Shown piece by piece: positions 26,557 to 37,756 of a stretch of 52,876 bases of DNA. The translations under genes were made by a program, and so were the position numbers. Position 1 is the stretch's first letter, and every line of letters starts with the position of its first letter. This DNA is from an uncultured Bacilli bacterium (lineage in GTDB: Bacteria; Bacillota_I; Bacilli_A; RF39; UBA660): the NCBI GenBank assembly GCA_947632495.1, contig CANRPL010000002.1:1-52876 (forward strand), written 5' to 3'. The notes under the pieces are model-generated. The model saw only the letters and a list, made by a program, of their open reading frames with translations, did no database searches and was not told where the DNA came from.

Positions 26557-29499
26557 TTACTTTATTTCCTCTAATTTAACACTAACTAATTTACTAACGC
26601 CAGACTCTTGCATCGTTATACCATATAATATATCAGCATATTCCATCGTTTTCTTCTTATGGGTAATGATAATAAATTGTGTCTTATCTTTAAGTCCTTG
26701 TAAGTATTCACCAAAAGATTCAACATTGACTTCATCTAAAGCTGCTTCGACCTCATCTAAAACACAGAAAGGTACTGGACGGGACTTTAAGATAGCAAAT
26801 AATAAACTGATGGCTGTAAATGTTTTCTCGCCACCTGATAGTAAATTAATGCTCTTTAAGCTCTTACCAGGAGGAGATGCGACAATTTCAATACCGGTTT
26901 CTAATATATTACTTGGATCAGTTAACTTCAAGGATGCAGTACCACCTTTAAATAATTCTTTAAAAGTAATTTCAAAGTTTTTATTGATGGTATTAAAAGC
27001 ATTCATGAAATTATCTTCCATGACATCATCCATCTCTTTGATAATTTCTAGTAATGTATTTTCTGCATTCTTTAAGTCTTCCTGCTGTTTAATCAAGAAC
27101 TCATAACGGACACTTACACGATCATATTCTTCCGGCGCCGTCGCATTAATTGGTTCTAACTCACGCATTTGTCTTTTTAAAGAAGTGATACGATTTTTAA
27201 CTAAAGTAATATCCATATCTAGCTTATAATTATTATGGGCATATTCATAAGTCATATTATAAGTTTCACTTAATTGATTTAAAAGGTTATCTAATTTAAC
27301 ATCATTACGATTAACCTCAATCTCTAAATCTTTTAACTCATTATTCTTCTGATTGTATAAACTATTATCCTTTTTAGCTAGATATTCATATTCATCTAAT
27401 TCACTATTTAAAGTCGCTAAAGCATTTTTAAGATTATTAAGGTTATTAGTAAGCTCATTTTTAGCGTTTAATGTTTGATAGTACTCCTCTAATACTTTAT
27501 CCTCTTCCTCACTTAATGTATCATTTAAAATATTTTCCGTTCCTTGGATAGCTTGTTTTAAGCTATCTTGTTTTTCTTTTAAACTCTTAAGATTATATTC
27601 TTTATTAGTTTTATCTTCCGTTTTAACGATTAAATCTTTATTAACTAAATATAACTTATCTTCTAAAGATTTAAGCTCATAATCTAACTCATTTAAATTA
27701 TTTTCCATCTCTTGAATATCTTTTTCATTATCCGCCAATAATTTGATATTCTTTTCTAATTCATATTTTTCAATAATAACATTTTTTTGAATAATATTAC
27801 CACCGGTAATAGATCCACCAACATGAAGTAATTCCCCATCTAAAGTGACAATACGATAACGATATTTAATTGCTTTACTAATAATATTAGCGTTATCGAT
27901 ATTATCGACAACTAAAACATTGCCGAGTTGATTTTCAATAATATTATCATAAATGGCATTATTGCGGACAAGTTTTGATGCGACATCGATAAAGCCATTT
28001 TGTTTTTGAACGAGTTTTAAAGTATCTTGATCAACATCTTTCGTCTTTATAATATTTAAAGGAAAGAAAGTTGCACGACCTAAATTATTATCTTTAAGAT
28101 AATTGATAGCTTCTTTAGCGCTTTTTTCATTTTCGACAATAACATTATTAATCGCACCACCTAGAGTTGTTGTAATAGCTTTAGAGTATTTTTCTTCTAC
28201 TTCGATGATACTTCCAATATTACTATGAATACCTTTAAGGCGTGGATTATTTAAGATATTACGAACAGAACTAGGTAAGGTATTACTATTATCGATACTT
28301 TCACGAAGATTATTAATTTTATTATTTAAAACATTTAATGAACGAAGCTTACTACTCAATTCAATTTCTTTTTTTCTTTTCGTATTATTAACATCTGAAA
28401 TATTCTTTTCAATAGCTTCCTTCTTTATATTAATACTATCTATTTCAGCATCAATATCTTTTAAGGTAAGTATTAAACCATCAATATTGTTATTTAGTGT
28501 TAATTCTTCTTTTTTTAATTCAATAACTTCTTTATGCATTTTAGCGTTATCAACTTCATATTTTTTACGCTCTAAAATAATTTCTTTTTGACTATTAATA
28601 CGTTCAGCTTTCGTTGTTAAATTAATTAAATCTTGTTGTTTAGAAGTTATCTCTTCGTTTAATTTATTAATTTTATTTTTATATTCTTCAATTTTAATTT
28701 CATATTTATTATTACTAATTGAGATATTAGTTATTTCTTCTTTTAAAATTTCAACTCTTTTTTTGGTATCATTAAACTTATCATTGATGATATCAATATC
28801 GTGTGTAATGGAACCAATCTCTAAATTTTTAAGTTCGTCTTTTAAAGCAAAATACGCCAACGCTTTTTCTTTTTGCTCACGAAGAGGTTCAACTTGCTGC
28901 TCTAATTCATTAATGATATCATTAACACGATTCATATTATCGTGCGTACGGTCTAATTTACGAATAGCTTCTTCTTTTCGTCTTTTATATTTTAAAACAC
29001 CCGCAGCTTCTTCAAACATAGTACGTCTTTCGGTTGGCTTTTCACTAAGAATATTATCGATTTGACCTTGACCAATAATATTAAAGCTCTCTTTACCAAT
29101 GCCGGAATCAAGAATGAGCGTAGTTACATCTTTAAGACGTACTTTCTCATTATTAATATAGTATTCATTCGTTCCATCTTTATATAGCTTTCTTTTAATA
29201 GAAACTTCATCTTCATCGATAGCTAAATAATGATCGGCATTATTAAAAACGAGAGTTACGGTAGCGACTGAAAGTGGATTACGCGTTTTACTACCAGAGA
29301 AGATAATATCAATCATACTATCATCGCCACGTAATGATTTAACTGATTGTTCACCTAATACCCATCTTATCGCATCAACAACATTACTTTTTCCACTACC
29401 ATTAGGTCCGACAATACCAGCAATATTTTGATCTAAATCGATAACGATGTTATCAGCAAAAGATTTAAAACCTTGGGTTATAATTTTTTTTAGATACAT
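26557..29499 (-). CDS. smc: Chromosome segregation protein SMC
   Basis: MYLKKIITQGFKSFAD...GPNGSGKSN Walker A, long coiled coils, a hinge, the signature LSGGEKT and Walker B VLDEVEAALD. The track extends to 29547. Confidence 0.93.
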   Translation of the reverse strand: MYLKKIITQGFKSFADNIVIDLDQNIAGIVGPNGSGKSNVVDAIRWVLGEQSVKSLRGDDSMIDIIFSGSKTRNPLSVATVTLVFNNADHYLAIDEDEVSIKRKLYKDGTNEYYINNEKVRLKDVTTLILDSGIGKESFNIIGQGQIDNILSEKPTERRTMFEEAAGVLKYKRRKEEAIRKLDRTHDNMNRVNDIINELEQQVEPLREQKEKALAYFALKDELKNLEIGSITHDIDIINDKFNDTKKRVEILKEEITNISISNNKYEIKIEEYKNKINKLNEEITSKQQDLINLTTKAERINSQKEIILERKKYEVDNAKMHKEVIELKKEELTLNNNIDGLILTLKDIDAEIDSINIKKEAIEKNISDVNNTKRKKEIELSSKLRSLNVLNNKINNLRESIDNSNTLPSSVRNILNNPRLKGIHSNIGSIIEVEEKYSKAITTTLGGAINNVIVENEKSAKEAINYLKDNNLGRATFFPLNIIKTKDVDQDTLKLVQKQNGFIDVASKLVRNNAIYDNIIENQLGNVLVVDNIDNANIISKAIKYRYRIVTLDGELLHVGGSITGGNIIQKNVIIEKYELEKNIKLLADNEKDIQEMENNLNELDYELKSLEDKLYLVNKDLIVKTEDKTNKEYNLKSLKEKQDSLKQAIQGTENILNDTLSEEEDKVLEEYYQTLNAKNELTNNLNNLKNALATLNSELDEYEYLAKKDNSLYNQKNNELKDLEIEVNRNDVKLDNLLNQLSETYNMTYEYAHNNYKLDMDITLVKNRITSLKRQMRELEPINATAPEEYDRVSVRYEFLIKQQEDLKNAENTLLEIIKEMDDVMEDNFMNAFNTINKNFEITFKELFKGGTASLKLTDPSNILETGIEIVASPPGKSLKSINLLSGGEKTFTAISLLFAILKSRPVPFCVLDEVEAALDEVNVESFGEYLQGLKDKTQFIIITHKKKTMEYADILYGITMQESGVSKLVSVKLEEIK

Positions 29500-29576
29500 A
29501 CTATTCACACTCTTACTAATTATATCAAATATCAACTTTAAAGGCAAAACAAAATTAACGTTTCTTTAATGAAACG

Positions 29577-31661
29577 CTAACTTAATTGATAGAAATGATC
29601 AGATATAACAAAATCATTTTCATTTTTATATCTATATGCCCAAATGGCCTCTAGATTATCTATTTTATTAACTATTTTTTGACCTTCACTTATATCCATT
29701 AAGTATAGGATAGTTGAATATATTTGAGCTTCTTTTAAACTTTTGGCGATAACTGTCACTCCGACAATATCATTTTTAGGTTGTTTTCCGGTAAGTGGAT
29801 TAATAGTTAAGCCATAGTCATTTTCTGCATATGTATAATATTTCTTATAAAGACTTGTTGTGGAAATAGCGTAATTAGTTAAACGTAAGGTTGAAAGTGA
29901 ATTTTCATCTCCTTTAAAAGGACTATCGATAATGATATTATACTTTCCACCTTTTTCATAGTGATTTCCTAAAACAATATTACCACCAGCATTAATAATA
30001 TATTTATCAATCTTTAGTAATTTTAAAGTATCGGTTACTTTATCTGTCGCATATCCTAAACGAAAACTATCAAGATTGATATTAGGATGATTATTTTTAA
30101 TTTTATCATCATCCTTTAAAACAATGTCTTTGATTTTATCTTGAGCTTCTTCGATTTCTGCTTCAGATGGTATTCCTTTTTGTTTTTCATAATAACGTTG
30201 CCATAAATCAGTGAGCGCTCCAGCTCGAATATCTAATAATTTATCGCTTTTTTCATACCAATCGAGTCCATACGCAATCATATCGTATAGTTGATGATTA
30301 ATCGTTAAATAATCTTCATCACTATCGCTCTTGGATATCTTATTTAAATCACTATCTGGATTAGAGCGACTGGTTAATTGATCATACTCTTTATAGATAC
30401 TTTCGGCTTCATCTAAAGCTCTATTACCTAAATCTGCTGTAGGAGCATAGACCTTGATATCGATACTCGTATCCATATATTCAATTAAACGATGATATTC
30501 ACTAGTTTTTTCAACTTCTTCATTAGATGGCATCGTTAGACCACTTAATTTAACAAAGCCTTGAGACTTTAAAATCATGGTAATAAAGAATAAAATCATC
30601 ATTAAAACAATCGCTAAAGAGCGAAAATATGTAGCGTCAGCCCTTTTCGGTTTTTCTTCTCTTTTTAAATTTAATGTTTCATAGTAAGTATCCGCTAACA
30701 TCTTACCGACAACTTTTAAATCTTTTTTCTTAGCTACTTTATAACCTTCTTTAGTTAAATCAGGTAATTTCTTTTCTAAAATAAGTTTAATTTTTTCTTC
30801 AAATTCGTCGATATTAGAAGCTTTATAGACAACTTTATCCGTCTCATATTCATCAAAGATAGGAATATCTCTAATTAAGGTAGGTATTTTAGCTGTTAAA
30901 GCTTCAATAATAGGAATACCTTCTGTCTCCTCTAAAGTTGGAAAAAGATATAAATCAGCCCCACTTAAGGCCGCTTTAATCATACTATTATCAACATAAC
31001 CAGCAAAAACTAAATTATCTAATTTAGTATTAACAGCTTTTCTTATTTTATGAGGTGATGCCCATAGTGGACTATATCCAAACCAAATAAATTTATATTG
31101 AGGCAATCTTTTAGCAAGTTCAACAAAATCTAATATACCTTTTCGTTCAATATATAATCCAATTCCTACAATAACTTTATCCTTTTTTTGATAACCATAC
31201 TTTTCACGGAAAGTTTGACCAGCTTTGGCATCATGTTCTAAAAAGTTTGTATCGACGCCATTACTTATTGCTTTAATTGGTCGATTTAAATTATAGCCTT
31301 CTAGGATTTTCTTTGAATACTCCGTTGGAGTAATAATTTGATCTCCTAGTTTATAACAAGTACAAATCCACTTTTTAAAAAGAGGCGCTACTAAATTACT
31401 AAACTTAAAGGAATTACGAAAATCTTCTTCGGTCGAATGGGCATGATAGATAATTTTTTTGCCTTTTTTACGCATTCTTTTAGTAAATAAGTAAGATTTA
31501 GGACCATAAAAATTAACATGTAAAATATCAAAATCATCTTTTAAATTAGTTGTATAAGGAATGTTGTTATCCTCTAAAGCTTTCATTTGATGTTTAATAG
31601 CTTTCCCTAATCCTGACTTACTGATTGTTTTATAACCTTCAGTATATAATAAAACTTTCAT
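29577..31661 (-). CDS. Fusion protein: GT4 glycosyltransferase (glycolipid-synthase-like), one TM helix, then an ApbE-like flavin transferase domain
   Basis: The N-terminal roughly 340 aa are GT4-like (EGIPIIEAL EX7E region). The TM helix is LAIVLMMILFFITMIL. The C-terminal roughly 330 aa carry ApbE-like blocks (LGYATDKV, INAGGNIVLG, INPLTGKQP, AQIYSTILY). Confidence 0.7.
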   Translation of the reverse strand: MKVLLYTEGYKTISKSGLGKAIKHQMKALEDNNIPYTTNLKDDFDILHVNFYGPKSYLFTKRMRKKGKKIIYHAHSTEEDFRNSFKFSNLVAPLFKKWICTCYKLGDQIITPTEYSKKILEGYNLNRPIKAISNGVDTNFLEHDAKAGQTFREKYGYQKKDKVIVGIGLYIERKGILDFVELAKRLPQYKFIWFGYSPLWASPHKIRKAVNTKLDNLVFAGYVDNSMIKAALSGADLYLFPTLEETEGIPIIEALTAKIPTLIRDIPIFDEYETDKVVYKASNIDEFEEKIKLILEKKLPDLTKEGYKVAKKKDLKVVGKMLADTYYETLNLKREEKPKRADATYFRSLAIVLMMILFFITMILKSQGFVKLSGLTMPSNEEVEKTSEYHRLIEYMDTSIDIKVYAPTADLGNRALDEAESIYKEYDQLTSRSNPDSDLNKISKSDSDEDYLTINHQLYDMIAYGLDWYEKSDKLLDIRAGALTDLWQRYYEKQKGIPSEAEIEEAQDKIKDIVLKDDDKIKNNHPNINLDSFRLGYATDKVTDTLKLLKIDKYIINAGGNIVLGNHYEKGGKYNIIIDSPFKGDENSLSTLRLTNYAISTTSLYKKYYTYAENDYGLTINPLTGKQPKNDIVGVTVIAKSLKEAQIYSTILYLMDISEGQKIVNKIDNLEAIWAYRYKNENDFVISDHFYQLS

Positions 31662-31711
31662 AATACCACCTACTAAAATTATATCACGTATTTATTGTAA
31701 ATAAAAAGTTT

Positions 31712-31945
31712 TTAATTAATATCACCAATATTAACTAAAATAACGTCTTTGCCAATTTTCTTAATTTGATGCCATTTAATCTCAATAGTATGGGTATTAA
31801 ATAATGACATAAAGAAGCGATATTTTTCAACTAATAAGACGACAGCCTTGCCTTCACCATCAATACTAACATCAATAATATTACCAATACATTTACCATC
31901 TTGAATATTAATTACATCTTTAGCTTGAAGATCAGATAAACGCAT
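31712..31945 (-). CDS. YlmC/YmxH family sporulation protein (PRC-barrel)
   Basis: MRLSDLQAKDVINIQDGKCIGNIIDV is the family's typical N-terminus; 77 aa. Confidence 0.8.
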   Translation of the reverse strand: MRLSDLQAKDVINIQDGKCIGNIIDVSIDGEGKAVVLLVEKYRFFMSLFNTHTIEIKWHQIKKIGKDVILVNIGDIN

Positions 31946-31998
31946 TATACCACCTATTAAATTTTATTTGATGGAATAAAAAAAAGAACTAAAGTTCT

Positions 31999-33822
31999 TT
32001 AATGAATAGTTCCACCCCACTCAACGGCAGTAAAACCAGTTCTTTTAAAGCTCTTTAGTTTTTGTTCTTTGATATTAACTTGATGGTCGACCTTTTTAAC
32101 ATGAATGGCAATACGAAGTAAAGAATCAGGTTTTGGTGTGATGTTTAACTTATTGTATTCATTTCTTTCATCAGTTAATTCGAAATAGACAAGATTTTTT
32201 TGATTACGTTCTAAAATTGGTAACCAATACATTATAAATTCATTAGCTTCACGACTATTTAAACCAATAATATTTAATTTTTCTTCCAAGAATTTAATAG
32301 CGTCTTTAGCTTCAACGTAGAAGCCTTCTTTAAAGGTAATTGGGTGATTACCAACCTCTTCCCAATATAGGGCATAATAATCATGATTACCATCACTTAA
32401 AGTTCCATCAGGTGAAGCCACAACAGACCATTTATCTAAATATTTAGGATATGTAGTCGTTAAGTAATTAGGATGCTTAAAGGTTATTTCAACCTTTGTT
32501 TCTTTCTCTGGATATAAGTATAAGATCGGTTTAGCATAACCACCTATATAGGTCACTATTTTACCTGTTTCTTTAGTTGTTGGAATATAGTAGTATTCAT
32601 AACCATAATCATATTGATCTTCTTCGGATATTTCATTTTTTAAACTTGGATTAGCGGTTATGACATCCTTATAGGTTAATTTATCATCTTGAATAATAAT
32701 GTAAATGCCATTTTTACCATTTTCTTCATACCAACCAGATAACATTGAATGAACGGAATAACGTGATTCATCATAGTCAGTTATAAAAGTTGTTAATAAC
32801 TGGTCATTTACATCATGTAATTCAACTTTTTTATCATTGATAACGACAGCAAAATCCCCACCTATGGCTGCAATTTCCGTATATGCTTTACTTTCGTTTT
32901 TAAGTTTACCATTTTTATCGTAAACTTGGAACTTATTATCTTTTATGGTTACGATATTACCTTTATCATAGACTACTTGATAAACGGCATTATCACCTAA
33001 AACTTTTTTACCTATAGGGTTATAAACCGTTATCATATCATCATGATCAATACCCAAAATATAAACTTCATCATCGACATAAAGACGATCTAAATTATAT
33101 GCATCAATGGTGAAATCGACACGTCCTGTTTTTAGATTGAAAAATTCATATGGATATACATCTAATTCTTCATCATTATCATATTTTTTATCTAAACGAA
33201 CAATATAACCGTCATTATTGGAATAATCATTAATATAAATTCCTTCAACATTTTTATATAAAAGATTATATCTTAAACTATAAATAGTCATATTATCATC
33301 ATTTTTAATGACTACTCCAAGCAAATCTAGGGTATTTTCATTAAGCAGATAATCGACTACTTGATCATAATCCTCATGCTCAGGAATATTACCAATTGGG
33401 CCAGCTACAACACTATCTTTTTCAAAATTATAGATATATAGTTTATCATCTTCATCGACAACTGAATAGTGTTCAAAGGAAAAAATTGGTTCACAAGAAT
33501 ATGATTTACAGGTAAAACTACCGGCTGTTGTTATATCATAATATTCTTTATCAGTTGGATCATATGTTGATGTATAGATAGCATGATTATCTAATTCCTT
33601 GTCGTCTAACTTATAGATGGTAATAACTTTGCCATCACGTTTAGCATTATCAACTGGTGGTCTAATACCGGTTGTTTCTTTATTACTTTTAGGTTCTGTT
33701 AATTCTTTGTTATCTTTAACAAAGAAAAAGTAAACAGCGACCGCCCCGATAATTAAGATAATTAACGCGACAACACTTATGATAGCCATCTTTTTATTAT
33801 TCTTTTCTTTTACTTCTTCCAT
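31999..33822 (-). CDS. Hypothetical membrane-anchored protein, 607 aa
   Basis: N-terminal TM helix followed by a large extracytoplasmic region rich in D, Y and N. No family recognised. Confidence 0.5.
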   Translation of the reverse strand: MEEVKEKNNKKMAIISVVALIILIIGAVAVYFFFVKDNKELTEPKSNKETTGIRPPVDNAKRDGKVITIYKLDDKELDNHAIYTSTYDPTDKEYYDITTAGSFTCKSYSCEPIFSFEHYSVVDEDDKLYIYNFEKDSVVAGPIGNIPEHEDYDQVVDYLLNENTLDLLGVVIKNDDNMTIYSLRYNLLYKNVEGIYINDYSNNDGYIVRLDKKYDNDEELDVYPYEFFNLKTGRVDFTIDAYNLDRLYVDDEVYILGIDHDDMITVYNPIGKKVLGDNAVYQVVYDKGNIVTIKDNKFQVYDKNGKLKNESKAYTEIAAIGGDFAVVINDKKVELHDVNDQLLTTFITDYDESRYSVHSMLSGWYEENGKNGIYIIIQDDKLTYKDVITANPSLKNEISEEDQYDYGYEYYYIPTTKETGKIVTYIGGYAKPILYLYPEKETKVEITFKHPNYLTTTYPKYLDKWSVVASPDGTLSDGNHDYYALYWEEVGNHPITFKEGFYVEAKDAIKFLEEKLNIIGLNSREANEFIMYWLPILERNQKNLVYFELTDERNEYNKLNITPKPDSLLRIAIHVKKVDHQVNIKEQKLKSFKRTGFTAVEWGGTIH

Positions 33823-33879
33823 AAAGTCCTCCTATTTTCAAATTCATTGTAACATTTTATTTAATTTATGTAAAGTTTA

Positions 33880-34713
33880 TCAATCTTTAAATAAGTGATC
33901 AAAATCATGCTGGTAAGGTGCTTCAAATACTTGTTCTTTAAGTGTTATTGGATGTTTAACGATAAGGATATAATTATGTAGTGCCATTCTCTTTGAAGTA
34001 GTATCATGGCCATACTTGGCATCGCCAACAATAGGATAGCCAAGTTCACTTAAGTGGACACGGATCTGATTTTTACGCCCTGTTTTAATATCGATATCTA
34101 ATAAAGTATATTTTTTATTTTTCTTTAAAATGTGATAATAAGTGATAGCTCTTTTACCTTGAGGAGCACTATGAACAAAAGTATTGTTTTCTTCCCTTAA
34201 ATAATTATCAATCACACCATCTTTATGCATTTCACCATATACTAAAGCTATATATCCCCTTTTGATAGCTAAAGTATTCCAATTATCTTGATATTGCTTT
34301 TTAACTTTATCACTTTTGGCAAACATTACAATACCTGATGTTTCTCGGTCTATACGATTAATAATAAAGGCTTTAAAATGATGTTTATTAGCATACATTC
34401 TCACTTGGTGAGCTAAAGTATCATGTTCTTTATCGGTACTTACGGTTAATAGACCGGCTTTTTTATTAATGACTAAAATATCTTTATCTTCATAGATAAT
34501 GGTAAAAGGAACTTCTTCTGTTATTGTTAAATCAATAACTATTTCATCATTTACTTTGACCATTATGGGTAATTTAGTAACTAACTTATGATTAAGGGTT
34601 ATCTTTTGATATTTAACTAAACTTTTAATCTTATTTTTAGCAAGACTACTATGTTTAACAAGATAGCTAATTAGATCATTTTCTTCACTTACTTTAAGTT
34701 TTATTACCTTCAT
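33880..34713 (-). CDS. RluA-family pseudouridine synthase with an S4-like N-terminus
   Basis: Catalytic motif NRIDRETSGIVMFAKS, and KNQIRVHL near the C-terminus. Confidence 0.85.
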   Translation of the reverse strand: MKVIKLKVSEENDLISYLVKHSSLAKNKIKSLVKYQKITLNHKLVTKLPIMVKVNDEIVIDLTITEEVPFTIIYEDKDILVINKKAGLLTVSTDKEHDTLAHQVRMYANKHHFKAFIINRIDRETSGIVMFAKSDKVKKQYQDNWNTLAIKRGYIALVYGEMHKDGVIDNYLREENNTFVHSAPQGKRAITYYHILKKNKKYTLLDIDIKTGRKNQIRVHLSELGYPIVGDAKYGHDTTSKRMALHNYILIVKHPITLKEQVFEAPYQHDFDHLFKD

Positions 34714-34766
34714 ACTTTCACCATTATCATTATATAAAATGTCCTTATAAAAAGCAAGAAAGAGGA

Positions 34767-35468
34767 TTACTCCTCTTTCAATAGATTATCTAACATATCT
34801 AGTTTAGTCTCATTCATCGGTGGTACACCATCTAGACGATATGGTATTTTTAACTCTTTATATTTTTCAATACCATATAGATGATAAGGTAATAATTCCA
34901 CCTTCGTAACATTATTAAAATCTTTAATATATTCTTTTAAATCACGTATATATTCTTCATTATCATTAATTCCCGGAACAATGACTTGACGTAACCATAC
35001 TTCCTTACCACTTTTATTTAAGACTTCTTTAAAATGATTAAATTCATCAATGGTATGCGATGTCATCTTTAGATATCCATCAGGAGTAATAGCTTTGATA
35101 TCTAAAATAACTAAATCAGTATATCTTAAGATTTCTTCATACATACCTTTTCCGACACCTGATGTATCAAGAGCGGTATGGATGCCTAACTCCTTAATTT
35201 TCTTTAAACATTCAAGAAGAAATTCTGGTTGATGTAATGGTTCACCACCACTAAAAGTAACACCACCATTTTCATAGTACGTACTATTATTAGCAACTTT
35301 TTTTACAATTTCATCACTCGTAATAGCTGTAGCGCCATTGATTGTCCATGTTTCAGGATTATGGCAAAAAAGACAACGTAATGGACAACCTTTCATAAAG
35401 ATGACCATTCTTATACCTGGGCCATCAACAAGGCCCATTGTCTCAATAGAATTAATATAACCAGTCAT
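34767..35468 (-). CDS. pflA: Pyruvate formate-lyase activating enzyme (radical SAM)
   Basis: GPGIRMVIFMKGCPLRCLFCHNPETW carries the CxxxCxxC cluster. Its start overlaps the pflB stop. Confidence 0.92.
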   Translation of the reverse strand: MTGYINSIETMGLVDGPGIRMVIFMKGCPLRCLFCHNPETWTINGATAITSDEIVKKVANNSTYYENGGVTFSGGEPLHQPEFLLECLKKIKELGIHTALDTSGVGKGMYEEILRYTDLVILDIKAITPDGYLKMTSHTIDEFNHFKEVLNKSGKEVWLRQVIVPGINDNEEYIRDLKEYIKDFNNVTKVELLPYHLYGIEKYKELKIPYRLDGVPPMNETKLDMLDNLLKEE

Positions 35469-37696
35469 TAAATATTACCATGGAAAGTACGACTAATTAC
35501 TTCTAATTGTTGTTCTTTACTCAAACGATTAAAACGAACCGCATAACCAGATACACGAATGGTAAGTGTTGGATATTTATCTGGATTATTCATCGCATCA
35601 ATTAAGGTATCACGATTTAAAACATTAACATTAAGATGTTGCGCTCCACGAGCAAAATAACCATCCATTAAACTTACTAAATTACTATAACGTGATTCAT
35701 CATCGTTACCTAAAGCATTAGGTACAATGGAGAAAGTATTTGATATACCATCTTCACAAACGTGAGCATAAGGTATTTTCGCTACACTATTTAATGAGGC
35801 AATAGCTCCACTGGCATCACGACCATGCATTGGATTAGCTCCAGGAGCAAAAGGTACACCAGCCGCGCGTCCATCAGGAGTAGCACCAGTCTTTTTACCA
35901 TAGACAACATTAGATGTAATAGTCAAAATTGATAGTGTATGTTTAGCTCCTTTATATAAAGGATATTTACAAAGTTTATTATAGAAACGTTTTACAATAT
36001 CAACACCGATATCATCAGCACGATTATCATCATTACCATATTTTGGAAAATCCCCTTCAATAGCGAAGTTGATAGCGATACCATCCTTATTACGAATTGG
36101 TTTTACTTTAGCATATTTAATAGCTGATAAAGAATCAATAACAACTGACAAACCAGCTATACCAAAGGCCATTAATTTTTCAGGATCTGTATCGTGTAGA
36201 GCCATTTGACCAGCTTCATATGCATATTTATCATGCATGAAATGAATAATATTCATCGCATCGACATATGTTTTCGCCACAACATCGAGCATACGATCAT
36301 AAACGGCCATAACTTTATCATAATCTAATACGGTGTCAGTCATCTTATCAAAGCCTTTAACAATTAGTTCACCTTTCATCTCATCAACGCCACCATTGAT
36401 TGAATAAAGTAAGGCTTTAGCAAGATTACAACGGGCACCAAAGAATTGCATTTGTTTACCTACTGTCATCGCTGATACACAGCAAGCAATAGCGTAATCA
36501 GAACCATGAATAGGACGCATAACTTCATCATTCTCATATTGAATGGAATCGGTCATAGCGGAGATTTTCGCACAGTATCTTTTAAACTTAGCTGGTAGAT
36601 TATGACTCCATAAAATAGTTAAGTTAGGTTCTGGTGATGAGTCAAGATTAATAAGCGTATGTAAATAACGGAAACTACTTTTTGTAACAAGGGAGCGACC
36701 ATCTTCTAACATACCGCCAATTGACTCTGTTACCCATGTTGGATCACCAGCGAATAACTCGTTATATTCAGGTGTACGTAAATGACGAGCAACACGTAAT
36801 TTAATGACAAATTGATCAATTAACTCTTGAGCTTGTTCCTCGGTTAAGATGCCATTTTTTAAATCACGTTCAATATAGATATCAACAAAAGTTGATGTAC
36901 GTCCTAAACTCATAGCTGCTCCATTATTTTCTTTAATGGCAGCTAAATAACCAAAATATAACCATTGAATAGCTTCTCTAGCGTTAGTAGCAGGTTTACT
37001 AATATCAAAGCCGTAGCTATCAGCCATCGCTTTAATTTCATTTAAAGCATCAATTTGTAATGATACTTCTTCACGAAGACGAATGACATATTCATCTATT
37101 TCTCTTTGTTCAAGTAATAATAAATCTTCTTTCTTTTTGTCAATTAAAAAGTCTATACCATACAAAGCAATACGGCGATAATCACCGATAATACGTCCTC
37201 TACCATAGGCATCAGGTAAACCAGTTAATAAGCCAGCATGACGAGCTCTTCGAATATCCGTGGTATATGCTGAAAAGACACCATCATTGTGTGTACGACG
37301 ATACGTTGTAAAATGCTTCTTAACATCTGGATCTAATTCATATCCATAAGCTGCTAAAGCTTGTTCAACCATACGCATACCACCATATGGATTGACAATA
37401 CGTTTATATAACTCATCAGTTTGTAAACCGACGATAACATCATCATCTTCAGATATATATCCAGGTTTAAAATTATTGATACCAGAGACAATTTTAGTCT
37501 CGACATCGTATATTCCTTTATCTAATTCAATTAAACTTTTATCAGCGCATACTTTCCATACTCTTTTTGTCTTTTCTGTAGGACCTACAAGGAAAGATTC
37601 ATCACCTAAATATTCGGTATAATTTTCTTTTATAAAATCAAAAACATCAATATTATTTTTCCAATTTTCACCTTTAAAGTTTTCCCAACCTTGCAT
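35468..37696 (-). CDS. pflB: Formate C-acetyltransferase (pyruvate formate-lyase)
   Basis: 742 aa, with active-site IACCVSAM and the glycyl-radical motif RVSGYAVRF. Confidence 0.95.
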   Translation of the reverse strand: MQGWENFKGENWKNNIDVFDFIKENYTEYLGDESFLVGPTEKTKRVWKVCADKSLIELDKGIYDVETKIVSGINNFKPGYISEDDDVIVGLQTDELYKRIVNPYGGMRMVEQALAAYGYELDPDVKKHFTTYRRTHNDGVFSAYTTDIRRARHAGLLTGLPDAYGRGRIIGDYRRIALYGIDFLIDKKKEDLLLLEQREIDEYVIRLREEVSLQIDALNEIKAMADSYGFDISKPATNAREAIQWLYFGYLAAIKENNGAAMSLGRTSTFVDIYIERDLKNGILTEEQAQELIDQFVIKLRVARHLRTPEYNELFAGDPTWVTESIGGMLEDGRSLVTKSSFRYLHTLINLDSSPEPNLTILWSHNLPAKFKRYCAKISAMTDSIQYENDEVMRPIHGSDYAIACCVSAMTVGKQMQFFGARCNLAKALLYSINGGVDEMKGELIVKGFDKMTDTVLDYDKVMAVYDRMLDVVAKTYVDAMNIIHFMHDKYAYEAGQMALHDTDPEKLMAFGIAGLSVVIDSLSAIKYAKVKPIRNKDGIAINFAIEGDFPKYGNDDNRADDIGVDIVKRFYNKLCKYPLYKGAKHTLSILTITSNVVYGKKTGATPDGRAAGVPFAPGANPMHGRDASGAIASLNSVAKIPYAHVCEDGISNTFSIVPNALGNDDESRYSNLVSLMDGYFARGAQHLNVNVLNRDTLIDAMNNPDKYPTLTIRVSGYAVRFNRLSKEQQLEVISRTFHGNI

Positions 37697-37756
37697 AACG
37701 TTCCTCCTATCATACTATTTAAGTATAACACAATATTAAACTTTATAACAAGTTTT

